NCBI GenBank assembly: GCA_002633005.1
Contig: NMRA01000002.1
Span: 1,581,023-1,645,022 of the forward strand
Length of the DNA stretch: 64,000 bases
Source of the DNA: Phoronis australis
Taxonomy: Eukaryota > Animalia > Phoronida
Reading direction: 5' to 3'
The position numbers and the translations under genes are program-made. Below, piece by piece: positions 25,431-39,200 of the stretch. The stretch's first letter is position 1. Each line of letters starts with the position of its first letter. The notes below the pieces were generated by a model. It saw only the letters and a program-made list of their open reading frames with translations, had not been told where the DNA came from and ran no database searches.

Positions 25431-26754
25431 ATTGCGTATGGAATATGTGTCGCGAAGGAACCGTGGTCAAAAAGCATTTTATTTTGACGAAATCCTGTTT
25501 AAAGATTCTAAGACTTGTGCCTACGCGGCCAAATGATTCGCTCGTTGGTGTACTGCTTCCAAGGCCAGAAATGGAGATGAGATGTAAAAGGGAAATTGTT
25601 CTAGACATTGACACTCACTGTGCATCTGCGTTTCCAAAAAGTAATTCAGTGTTTTGCTCATTTGCGCATGTTCAAAATGGGGCTAATTTTCAAGAAGTAT
25701 TATTTCCTCGAGTATTTTGCCCATAGGCGCTTACGCGTTACTGCAGCTTCAAGAGCATCAGAGTATCCGTACAAGTGAATGTCGTCATAGGATGTTTTTG
25801 TGTTTTTGAATGCCCGAGTCACAATTCGTACATTTCAATAAATTAATGGGAGATAATAACGCTTATCGTTTTCCACATTCCTTTCAAAATGTATTTATTT
25901 TTTTCCGCAGCATATTAGATGGCTCAAAACTAAAAAGAAATCAATTACAGAAATGTTTAAATATCATTCAATAATCAAACAAACCCTTTTCAATTGTGCA
26001 TGTTTACTTATCAATTTTCAGAAACATTCCCACTTCAAACGGAGGAAAGTGGTTCAGTTTGAACTGCTAAAACATGCGTGCGTCAGTGACGTTGCTTGGA
26101 AGGATGTGTCATTCTTCCCTTAGCGTATTAAACTAGACATTACACATCCTATTAGCGAAGCTTATATTTTATACCCAATGGAAAAACTAGATGCGAGCTC
26201 TGTAGATATAACCAGACATTTTTCGATGGATGACGTGGGTCTAGAAAATAGGGCCAACCGGGTATGCTCCAAGAAAGATTAGGCACTGAAATCGAGTTTT
26301 TCATAAGACGTTTCGAATTTGCGATTCTATGATTACTGCTACCTAGTACACTGGTGAAGGTGGTTTGTGGAGGGGTGTATTGCTTGGCCAGTTTGTGATT
26401 TTGCTGTCATCTGTTTTTTTGGTCAATTATTTTTCAACTTTGCTTTCATGTAGAACAGGGTAACCAATTTTCAGCGATGGGACTAAAAACAAGTTGCATT
26501 TTCAAGTAAGATTCATTTTTTTTCATTTAAGTGAGTAGTGGACATTAAAGACTGAACGAATATAGAAATTCTAAAATGTCAATAATTCAAAATTCTTTCC
26601 CTCGATCGTGAGAATAGTCAGTACTTTTATTCACGTGCCACTTAACTTAATCCTTTGTTTTGTTCAAATGTTTTCTATAATAGTGGAAATTCAAATTCAA
26701 AAATAAACCCAAGGACATTGTTCGGCTGCATGGGTCTAAATGCACGCCTATACG

Positions 26755-26900
26755 CATGGGCGGCGCACCATAGGGGCCTGGGGGGGGGCTTTATCCCCTC
26801 ACTTATTTCAGTGCTGCGCCACCCATGGTCTATGGGCGGGGCACCACAGGGAGGTTGGGGGCTATAGCCCTCCACTATTTTCAGGGCTGCGCCGTCCATG
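26755..26900. mobile_element. CATGGG-terminated MITE, dimeric form, 5-bp TSD ATACG
   Basis: atacg[catgggcggcgcacc...gcgccgtccatg]atacg. Confidence 0.85.
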
Positions 26901-27267
26901 ATACGATGCAAGGTCACATGACGATAAGCTGTCAGTGGTGATTATTTCGTTGAGAAAATTGGCAGCACATTTTGCGAAGGGATTTATTTTCAGTTTATTT
27001 ATCTTATCACCTTCACATGTATATCCATGAAGACAAAAATGTAATGTCCTCCTGTGATGTCTCCTTTCAAAACAAAGCCTTCGTTAATACTTTGTCTTTG
27101 ACTCAAAAGTCACACTAATACTAAAACGATAAACAATGCATCGATTCAAAGCACGTAAGCTAAATACGAGTCCGTTACATGAAAATCCAAGTATTTCGTT
27201 TTATTGCTAAGTGAGAAAGCTTTCAGGGCGAGTATTGATTTTGTGATCAGATCTAACGTGTGACAGT

Positions 27268-30200
27268 ATGAGAAGCATGGCCAAATTCACTTCTCCGTCG
27301 AACATCCACTTTACCACGTCCATGGACGTGCAAGATATTAAGCAAACGGTTATAACCGTTTTCAAGAAGATACTCACTCGTCCAGATGAGCCGCCGGTTA
27401 TTCAAGTGGTCGAGAGCAAGGGACAATACTTCGCCATTAACAACTCCAAGTTGGAGACCTGTAGAATGTTAGAGACTCAAGGAAAGTGCCACAAAGTGCG
27501 ACTAGATATCCTTCCGCCTCACATGTTACCTGTTGGGATACAGGAGTTTATTACAAAGGAACAATCAACAGGTAATTACTATCAAAATGTTGTCGGTGAT
27601 AAACAGGTGTTGGTCAGAAACAGGGGCAACATTCTAATGCCCCGATGCTAAGTGTGTGCCTAGATAAATTTTGTTTAAGTTCGCACCATGGCAACGTTAC
27701 GAAAGAAAATGTTAAGGTAGATTTAATATCGAGTGTTCACTGCATACGAGTACTTGTTGTAACAGAATAGAAAACAAAACAAGTAAAACTAAAACGCCGT
27801 GTCTCTGATTTGATAATACGCAAATATACATGATTGAAAAGTGAAGAGATAAGCAGTTTAATGATGGTCTGGTGGCTCAAACAATTACAATGTACTTGTA
27901 AATCAATAAACTCGGAATGTTATTTATCTAGCCAACATGCAGGCGTTTGTTATGTCTTTCCTAACGCCACGGTTTTCAGCGGATTAAGCTCGGACTTGGA
28001 TGTCGCTTTGGCTGAACACTAAGTCATGTCAGCCGGATGTGACTTTTAGAGAGTTATCAAAACAAAAGAGGCCGAGTCCACCCTTAAACGCTCAATATTT
28101 GCTGTAAGGTCAGGGGCGAAATAAGAATTTGCCTTTGATTTGATCAATGATACCAGAAATGGATAAAACCAAAATAGCACGGATTCAGCTGTTTGCATTG
28201 TGAGACTTGCTCACAGTCCCTCGACGGACCCGATGCCGCGACCTCATAAGCGGTCGCGCGATCATAGTCCGATGCTATAGCGCTAAAGGCCATTGTGACA
28301 AGCAGCCTCGTTAGAGCGGCCTCGAATAAATAACTAAGGTCGGGAATAGGTTATTTTAAATGGCAAAAGCACGACGTGTTTTGCTGGTTACTTTGTCCAC
28401 AGCAAGAAATCTATCCCACCCGGCGACTAAAATGGGGTTTTCGACCCAAACCCCTGTATGACCCTTTAAAGACCCAGCGCCATCTTCATACACCATTTGT
28501 TAGTTCGAGTTTTGGTTTCTTACATGGTTATTATGGACGAGAAAAGTGATTTTCTGGGATCAATCTTTGTGCGGAATTGAACGTGTAACCTCACACCCTG
28601 CTCGATCAGTCGATTAATGGCTGTCTTTAAGATATTTTTAATTAGTTAAGTCATCGACTTTGATTTCAGCTAATGGTAATTTGTTGTTATATAGCTGTAG
28701 TCAAACTTATTTTCTTCAACAATGACCCCCAACTGCGAACATAACGGATAATCATCGCTTGAGTTGAGGTTCTCAATTATCCAAAATCTATAGGCCCGAC
28801 GAGTTTCGCTGACTTCAACCAGGAAGTCATGACTTCCTGCTTCAACAGACGAAATCAGCGCCTGTAACTTGACTTGATCGAGTTAGTTCGCAAGTCATTC
28901 TTGACCCCTGCGTTTTGTTAAAATTTGACTAAATAGATTCAAAATACATTTCAGAGTAAGTAAATTTAATTTTTAATTTTTTTTAAGGAAACATGCTTTA
29001 GCCAAGGGCTAATAAACAGCATGGTCCTCTACACGTTCTCATTCATTCCCTTGCTCATATTCACAAGTAAGACCGAGCTCAGCTCAGAGGAATAGGAGAC
29101 ATCTTTGTGCAATGCTCGAATGTGAGCCAGTGAAGCCAGGGTTTGAACCCATGTCTCTCAAGCAAGTTTGTAAGACTATCTAGGACCTCAATGATTGACT
29201 GGCGTTTTGTAGGACTATCAAGAACCTCAGCTTCTTTGAGTGGCGTTTCATGAATATCCAAACCTTTTGTTCATTTTTCTTCTAACGTTTCTACCTGTGT
29301 AAAGAGATTGAACACATTTGATATTTAGTTCTTGAGTGGGAGATTTAACAGTTTCATTTGTGCATGATGATTACGATAAGTACATTGAAGTTTCTTTCTG
29401 TTGCTCTGAGTTAAGAAGAATTAATTTTCATGACCACGCCCATAAACATATCAGCACCAATTTTAACACCTTTTTGCTCAATGTATCTACGTGCATCTTT
29501 ATGACGATATTAACTGAACACAGCTCTTTCTCACGCCTGGACGATCCTGCTTCGTGAACATTCAGTAACTAATTGGTCAAGCGAGATAAGATCTGAACCT
29601 AATTAGTAAAAACGCTTGTGAGTGCGTTACGAGACTATAACGTTACCTTTTCATTTTTTCGCAGAACACTACTCGAAAAAAGCTCATAGGGAAAAAACGA
29701 CAACAAATAACAATGGTGAGAAAACACACAGTTAAAAGGATATGGGAGAAAGAGCAAACAGGAAACCACAAAACTCAAATTTGGATTTATTATAATTATT
29801 TTTAATGAACTTTTCTTTCCTTGTCCAACTGTTTCTCCCTTTGCCCAGCTGAATAGACAATTATTGAGAGTTTCACAGCCTCGACACCTCCTCTCATAAG
29901 TCACGCTCCTGTGTAGGGTTATCTTCCAGACCGGCGATTGTTTACATGAAATAAATCTATCTGCTGCATTTTTCCTGACAGCCGTGAAAACACGTTTTTG
30001 AAGACAGCGCTCAGGTGCGCTGTCTTGCTTTCCAGGACGCGTTCAGTGCTGTAGTGGTAAAATTAGAGGTAAGTAGGTGCCCAAAGCCCACCGTATCATC
30101 TTAAGCACTGAACGTAACTTACGATGTGTTCAAATGCCAAAAGGTGGTTGGCTGCGCCTACGTGCGCCTCCGCCCCACCACAGCACTGGACGCGTTTTCC

Positions 30201-33200
30201 TCCTCAGTCGCGAAATATGCCTTTGATGAGCCGTGGAACAATTGCAAATGGTATGTCGAGAGCTGGAAATGTCGGTGAAAGAGGTTGAGCCTACTGCAGA
30301 CGGTGAGTTCTTACACTTATCTGAGGCAGATTGCAAGCCTCAAGCAAATACTCACCGTGTACCGGGATGGTAAAAACTGAGGAAAAGCTTCATGCGCTGC
30401 AGCAAATTTGAAAAGCTAGATATTTTTTGACGCGTCAAAAATGAAGTAAGTGGTGGTAGATAGAAAAATATTGTTTAATGAATTATAGAATATTGTCAAC
30501 CGTAAGGCAAACCGCTGAAAACAGTCTTGTTTTGTTCATGGAAAGACTTAAACTTGTTTTGGAAATGACACCTGTATAGATATTTTTATGCCCTCATATA
30601 TGTGAGCGCATGATGCCGTCACCCCCATCCGTCCGTTCGTTCGTCCGTCCGTCCATCCGCTCGTCCGTCCGTCCGTCCGTCCATCCGCTCATCCGTTCGT
30701 CCGTCCGTCCATCCGGGGTCCGGCGTCTGGCGTCCAGCTCCGTCCGCGGCGGCGTCCAGTGTAGATCTCTGGCATGCCACTGACAAAGATATTATAGTTA
30801 TAGTATAGAGTATCTTTGAGTCATTCTTGAACAGCAGTAATGGGTCTGAAACTGGGGTAACGATGGACCTTAGCTCTGGTCAATACCTGGTGACCCGTCT
30901 CACCGATATATTTGTCAGTACATTCACCACACTTGTATTCGTAAATCACACCACACCTGTCGAGAGGAGGGTGACACATCTTTCACTGACGGGAGGATGG
31001 ACTGAATGGTGTTAAACGGTTTGTGAAACTTGATGTTGCGTTTACGGTAACTTCCTCGCGTGCCAGAAAAATATCTAGCATGTCAAATCTCCTGATTCAT
31101 TACCATTGAAGCATTTTCTCATTTGCACACTTGACCATCTGCCCGAAGCACATTTTTAATGAAGTACTTAGTAGTCAGTGTATATGCACAGTGGCCAGCA
31201 CTACACGAGTTGTTCCTATGTCGGGAGGTGTAATGTACATACATGTAGGTCTACTGTACAACTGAGGTATCAGGTATATTTAAAGAAGCTAGAAATTCGC
31301 TTTCTATTGAAGAAACCATCCTCTGCTTTTTGGCCTTGCAGTGAACTGATAGTTGGTTATTGCTAGTCGAGACCATAAAATGACACGCCGTGACAAGTCT
31401 CTTGACGGTCAGCTTGATCATTGTTGTACACCATCAGAAATTAAAAACCCGGAGTTTCTGCATTAAATTGAGTTCGTTTTTGTCACCATTTGTCGTGTTG
31501 ACGGGTAGAGAATTATTTAGGAAAATGTTTTGAATAAATTAGTTTTGCATTAAAACATATTTTAACAATTTTGAAGGGAGGGTACCTTTTAAAAAATGTT
31601 CAGTCGGGGTCATCTCTCACCAAGACAGTTTCTAAGCCCTTAGTGCCGTGGCGAATTACAAATTTGTCAAAAACAACCACCACAGTTTGTAATCAGTTGA
31701 TATTATGTTCGAAATAAAAACAAGACATTCATAATGAAGACAACCTGAACATCTTGTTCTTACACACATGATTTTTCTGTTTTCATAAAGTTAATTGAAC
31801 CACACACCGTGGCCGAGCGTTCCGTTGACCTTAGTCTCTCGCGAGAAAAGCAAGTACTCGCAAGACCTCGAACAATTATACGAGTGAAAACCCAGTGCTT
31901 CGCGAGTGTGCACGGGGGGTTTACTTATATATATCCGATGAAAACTCTTATTTTTTTAATGACATTATATCCTTTCTATATGGCAGATCACGCTCAAGAC
32001 ACAAGACAGTCCTCAGGACACCACCAGATGTCAGCTTTGTGTGACGACATCAAAGATGGTGGCGACCAAGCGGAGTCGGAGAGCGAGTTCCCTGACTATT
32101 GTTCATCCGAATCGGATAGTGATATTTTTGGTAAATAGTTTGTTTCTTCACTTTGGATTATTTGCCAAATTTTGAACCTTTTTCCATATTAACTTTCACG
32201 AAACGTCACCTTCATTATTTCCAAACAAGGTCGTCGTGGTAATAAAGTAAAGATTCGACAAAATTATTAATTTTCCCATCCACAATACATAATCACCACC
32301 TTGATTGTTGCCCCCAACAGGTTCCTCGCAGTTGTTTTATTTTTTACTTTGATCCAGAATGAGAGAATCAGTCACATATCAAATTCCGACTAATGTACAT
32401 CTCTCATCATTAAATCAGCGATTAATTCACATGTGGTATGGTAACACAATGGTTTGCACATTCCCCCTACTGTGCTTGTTATACAGCCTCGCAATCACAA
32501 AGAACTCGTAACCTGCCTCCCGTTCAGTAACGCTAGGTCCTCGCTAAAAAGCAAGACTTCGCGAGATTACGTGAGATATTGCCATGCATTTTAAATGAGA
32601 GCACGTGACTTTGACTAGGTTTTAGCTAAGTCCTAGCGTAGGTCCTAGCGTCTACTGAACGCAACCTGAGTACTTACTTTGTCAAGCTCAAGCCATTGCG
32701 GATATCGGAAATCGATCTGTGCGCATCCCATAGCGTAGATTTATGGGGTAAGGCTTATCTAATTCAGAACCCTGAAAGAATATCACTCAAGCGATTGTGT
32801 GCTCTGAAAGCTGTCGGTTGATTTTGGATACATGCAACCTGTTTACTCGCATCTATGCTTTATTGCTAAACTGAAGTTATGGCTGCTTGAAATATTATTA
32901 AAATGAAGGGATTTCTAAACATTGTTTTTCTACGGCTACTGCCCACAAAAACTATGAACACCAAATACCCAATATAGGATATTAAACTGCGAAGTCGCAA
33001 TCTCCCGTAATATAGAGACCTCGTGTATTTTGTATAATTCTTCAAAATACACGAGGGCTCTAGATAATGATAATAATCTATATTTAAACTTGAAGTAAAA
33101 TCTTAGCGATTATTTTTTTGTAACACATTTTCACGAATAGGAAGTATGAGCAAAATGAAAATCAAGTGGACTATTTCATAATACCATTTTCTGTACAGAT

Positions 33201-36200
33201 TTTAGTCTTAAGCAATTGTTGAAATCCCAGTGCTATTAAAAAAATTGAATCCAATTTTTCACGTAACATGACGCCAGCGGCTGAATAGCTGTGGTTCCCG
33301 CCAAAATGTTAATCAATAAGCGCTGATTAACAAAATGGGTTAGTAAACTGTTGTAATGGCCTTATCAGACTGATAACGTGGTATAAAAATAATTTAATTC
33401 CTTTTTATTCTCGTGACAGTAATCATATCAAACAATCTCGTATAAATACAAGGACTGTGCATTGCAAGCATGTGTCGATGTTGACCAGATAAATGTTATT
33501 ATTATATTATAATTATTTCCTCCTTTAAAAAGAGCAGTTGTCGAAAATGCTTGAAATATCAAGTATCAATATTGCAATTTTGCAAGAATTTTCAGGATAT
33601 TCTTCATCAGAACTTCTGACTAAACACAGCTGATAAATTCATAATTTTTACATTCGCGCGATAAAATTTCAAGGTTCCTGAAAATTTTCAAAAAGACACA
33701 CGGCATAAAGTTTTTCGGTAGCATTTGGCACTGGTTAAACGACAGTAACATCCGGGTCATTTACAACCTCTGGTCATTGACTCCTATCCTATTTGTAGCC
33801 ATTCCAATATATTCCATCAAATTCGTTCATAGATTTTATTACAGAAATTCAAGTGTCAATTATCGTGTTTATGTTGTGTCAGAGCAGCTCAAGGACGCTT
33901 CTTCTGAAATGTTGATTCAATATTATTGACAGCTTGACGTTTGCCAATCTATATGTGTGCATCACAGCGGGTGCACTGAGCAACCGCGTCGACTCTAGCT
34001 CTTACGTCAAAGCGATTATTACGAAGAAGAAACCAGAATATGCGAACACTGGTTTCAATAGCTTACTAAATTTGCCCGTGTCATGCAATTGCAAAAACTG
34101 CTAGACACTGGACAAAGGAGAATAGATTTTTACGAATGGATGGAGATTAATTCGATGACTTCCTCTGTAGTTTAGTGCGCCCACCGTGTATCTAATTTAA
34201 TAGACGCCCACTCTAATAGAAACAAGGGTTTAGTAGGTACTCTGAAATCAATATACCCAGGGTGTCTAACAGAAGTCACCTCTAATAGAGCCCCTCGGCC
34301 ACTTCTAATAGAAGCCCTGCCTGTATTGCCTGGATGTCGTCTAAGAAGAAAACAAAGTTGCAAGTGGTATGTAAAATTGTGCTCAAGATCGTGTTATTAC
34401 ACAATACACACAGTTGGCGAAGGCTATTGTTTTCGTTTGCCATCCTAAAATATCCTGGGTTGGCTTTCTGTATAATGGGACCAAAATAAAAAACACCGGG
34501 TCTCTAATAAACGCCTCCCTCTAAGGGAGGCCGGGTTTGAGACTCGTCTGAAAAAATAAATGCCCCGACTACTATTAGAAGTTTTACGGTGTTATTAACG
34601 AACAAGTTTCCAAAGTACCGGGAGACTTCGGTACTAGTGTGTCAGCTCTACCGAGCTTTTTTTCTCTTTGTTGGATAGCGCCATGACAATCTGCTTTCTC
34701 CTACATTAATCAAATAGTGAAGTTGATGCAAAATATTGATGAGGCGCCTCACACGCACAAAGGCTTTGATGGTTTGGTAAAAACATCTACAGAAAACAGC
34801 TCTGTCAAAATGTTGACATCTGTACGTTATAGTCATCAGGATCACCCTACTCGATCAAAAGAAAGTCCAATCATTTTGCGTCAATTCAATATTAATGAAT
34901 AACTTTGATCATTCCGCGACAACTTTTCTATTCTACAAGCACTGCAAACACGAATCTCTGTGAGCCGCTCAACAACTCTCTGGCCCGTTTGTAACATAAT
35001 AATCCTAACTGTACTAGGACTAAATCAGAGTACAGTGTGGCTCAGCCAATGAGATAAATATAGCTTCTATCTCATTGATAGGATCCAATCACCAACACCG
35101 TGGGAGCTTGCGTGCATCTGGACACCAGTGTATCAAATAAAACTGTTATTTTTAAAAATTAAAATTTAATATTAAAAATTTCTTGGTTTCCTTTTTAATA
35201 GAGGATTTCTTAATTTTCCTGTTATTTTTGGGGTACAGAATTTCATATTTACCTGCTCGGGTAATTTTTTGGGTCTACTTTGGCGTATTACTTTCGATTC
35301 ATGTATTAAATTCAAGTTCAATATTTTATATATTAAGAACATAACAATGTACTTTATCACCACAGTTTGTATGTTTGGTTTAAATAATCGGTTACGAAGT
35401 AACAACGGGTTTTCAACACGTGCGGTTGGGGTCGAGTCGGACTCCTTTGGACGGAGGGAGTTCGCAAAGTTGTAAAATTCCTTCATATTTCTTTTGTGTG
35501 AATACTATGCTTTAATTAGTCATAACTAAAGTTCACTGATGGTAGTATTTTAATAGACAATCTTGCAGTGATTAACTAATGTAACGTTTTCACTTTCAGT
35601 TGCAATTTTTATGTTTTTGCATCGTATATTTTTGCTTTCCAAAATCGATAATATTAAAAATCAGCGTATAGATTTGTTAAAAGACCAATGACACGATAGA
35701 ATTATTGAACCGTTCTAAGGAGGATGCTAACTAACCCCATATGGAAGAGTCGAACTAATCTCAGGCTGGGGCGAGTTCGCCCTCTTGAACAATATGTTTT
35801 TAACGCTTGTTCGTACAACTGCGAATGTATTCCATATCACTCTTAAGTAGATTTAAAACTGACAACTTTCTCGAAAACTGATTTTAATAGTTTCCACTGT
35901 GCGACAATTTTTATGCGCCCACGTGGACGCATTATGCCGTCATATTCCGGTCCTTAACGGATTTTCATGAAATTTAATATGTAGTAAGCACCTATAGACC
36001 CTATTCACGCCGACAGACTCGCTACGATATCTCTGGTGGCTTATCCGCGTAGTTGTACTCCGCGTTGCTCGAACAGCTAGAAAAAAATTAATACGGACAC
36101 TCAACTGTCTGTTTTACAATCCCTAAGGACGTTGGGATTCGGAAGAGTTGGGTCCTTGCCATACGCCGCGACGAAAAATATGTCCGTGTAAAATTTATAA

Positions 36201-39200
36201 CTGTTTTCGAATCATAATTTGTCGCATCTCGGATGCCGCCATAGAAACGAGGACCGGAGAATCTTCGGCCAGCCAGGCTGTGTTTTCATGACTATGGGTT
36301 GAAGCGTCATGCATTTTTCTTTACCAAAAGGACAGGACCCTCAACACCTCAATTTTTGGGCCAAATATCGGCCCTAGTCCCCTCTCAAAAATATTGAAAA
36401 ATCACGCGAAATTCCCGGTCCCACGAGGCCCAAAAATTCCCATAGTGATTGAAAAATTCTCTCCAACGGTTCAAATCACCTGTGACCACAGAGGTGACAA
36501 TTTGAAAAAGTACAAAATCATAGGCGGATTTAGGGGGGGGGGGGGGGNGCGCTTTGCCCGCCGCTTCTCCGAGGATGTCGGGCCCTCCTCATGGTATCCT
36601 AGATCAGCCACTGAAAATGCTACTTGAGACAGAGCTATGAGAGCTTGCAACAGGGCGGGGTGCTATTGATGGTGATCGGGAGGTCAGTAGATTTTTCACT
36701 GACCCGTCACTCGGCGAAACGTTCCCTCTCAGAAGGCCGCACAGGCACCTTTCCCCTCGGATATGAACGAGACTTCTGAAGAAACATGATAACTATGCTT
36801 GTTCCAGGNCGCGCTCCTGAACTGCCAAATGGAATCTGGGAGAATTTTAGGGGGGGGGGGCATGGCCCCCTTGGCTCCCCTCTAAATCCGCCACTGTGTT
36901 CTGTCTAGTTAACTGAAATTGAGCTCTTAAACGAGGTAATGCCTTGGACGAAAGAATAACGTTGTTTTAATTTTAAAATTCAACTTCGTCAAGATTGCTT
37001 TTTAGAAAATATAACACATGAAATAGATGTAATTATTAAAACCAAGAAAGCAGAATTGATACGGTCATATAATTTTTATTTTCAATTGCGAGCCTGGTTT
37101 TTTTATCGTAATCAAAATATACATTTAATAACATCAAGTATTATTTCAGAACAATGACAAAGCAACTGTTAGTCCCGGTAGTGCCTACCTCACCGGGATC
37201 TAGGCTATGCTTGAAGCTAATAGGCCTACTCTTGATCAACAAATTAAACCAAATGTGACTAATTGCACATGACAGCAAAATGCTATGAGCCACCACTGTC
37301 GAATATATCTTCAACTCGTCAACAATACGACCAGACGACCTGGTTCGTGTAGAAAGCATTTTTATCAAGAATTTATTAGAAGAAACGTAACCCTGCATTC
37401 AGCATGACACCTAATCCGTAACCGTCTACGATCGCCGCAATTTGGTCATGTTTACTTTTCATGTTTCGAACCTAGTTTTCCGGAAAAAAACTTATATCCT
37501 TTCGTCAGACAACTCTTTGGTGCATTGACTTGCTCTTTAACTGCATTTTGCTACGTCTCTGTGGTTAATTATTGACACATTTTCTAAGATTTAATATTCA
37601 GGTTGGACTCCAAAGACCATTTAACTCACGTAAATTTCTGCTTAGTTTATCGCAGTGAGCCTCGCTTTGGATTTTAATGTCCGCCGCGTGAATTGGGTCT
37701 ATTAGTGAGGTGACGCTATCCTCCCGTTTTCAGGTGGATTCGACGTAGTATTGTGAAAATTGGCATGTATGATGATTTTCCGACGATTTCGACTACTGTG
37801 GCGCCTCCTAGTTGCAGTTTTGTTTTTGTTGCGTCTATGGCTGTATCTCCTAAACCGTTCATAGGATCTTTACTTAATTTAGCAAGTGTATTTATATGAT
37901 GTTGACTACGGATGACGATGACTTTCGGACAGACCTGACTACTACTGTGCCCCCTAGTAACAATTTTAGTATTTTACGTTTAACTGAAAGGTCCTCAACA
38001 GATTTTCATAAAATTTTAAATTTTGGCATCTTTTGGTGTGATGACGCTATCTTCCTGTTTTTAGAGGTATTTTGCACCACCTAGTGGCCATTTTTGTTGT
38101 TTTCAAATCTTGTATATGTTCTCAGTGTGAAGACGACCTTTGATGATGGTGACTGACTACTGTGGAACCTCCTAGTGGTAGTTTTATTTTGCACCCATAG
38201 TTGTATCTCCTAAACCCACTGCAAGATCTTTACTAAATTTAGTAAGTGTATTTATATGACGATAACATGAGAGAAGACGACGACTTTCAGGCGGATCCAA
38301 CGGACGCTGTGCCCACTAGTGGCAATTTCATTTTGTTCTGTTTTCCTTTGTTTCTCTGAAGTTCCTTGACAGACTTTTATGAAATATGGCATGTTCCTGT
38401 TGTTGGATGGATTGTATGTTTTTGCGCCATCTAGTGGCCATTTTTATGATACAAGTAAATAACCCAAAAAGCACACCATTTGCAATGCATTCGTGGGCGC
38501 ATTTCAACGCTCCGCGTTGCTCTTGTTATGAAAATGGGGTCGAAGTTGTTTTGGTCTCTATCATTTGCAAATCTGACACTGAAAACTTTTGCAGTTGTAA
38601 ATGCTTGAAAAGTGAAAAAATAAGACAATTTACCCTCCAATTTCCCGCCCATAAGAGAGAAAAGAGGGTAGAACGGGAATTGAAGCTATTTCAATTGCTT
38701 CCGAAAAGTAACATTTTCATTTTGAAGTCGAAGCCATTACGATACAAGAAGTGGCACAGCCACAATATTGTTAGAGTACTATGCCGTCACTCGAAGTTCC
38801 AGTACTTCAACTGTCTTCAATGCTCCGACCTTTCTTACAATGACGCTTGAAGGAAATGATACGCTTGCTAATCGATCGTCGGATATGACACTAAGGAATT
38901 GTCCAGTAAATCTGCTGAGGTCGCAGCTGGTTTTGTAATATCGAGTTGAGCGTTATTAAACTATTTCTTACATTCTCCAATCCCTGAGGCCGGATATACA
39001 GCTCACTTTGTGCTTTGTTGCGCCTGATAGGGACACAATCGTTTTTGTGGCCCAAAACGCATTTTGGGGGTAGGGTTCACTTCTTGAAGGTATTAGGTTT
39101 GACTAAAGCATTGAAACCGCTAATGCTATTGTATTTTGTGATTTTATTACAAATCGTCGATTTCTATAAAGGCTGCCAGCCAGTGAAAGCTAACTGAAAT

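Noticed and set aside
33560-33620. Hammerhead-like core CTGATGA..GAAA on the - strand (weaker one near 49125-49150)
   Set aside because: Stems I and III and the cleavage triplet cannot be formed.
34717-34902. Possible extra exon of the ParB-like gene
   Set aside because: Weak splice signals, no homology support, and not needed to keep the frame.
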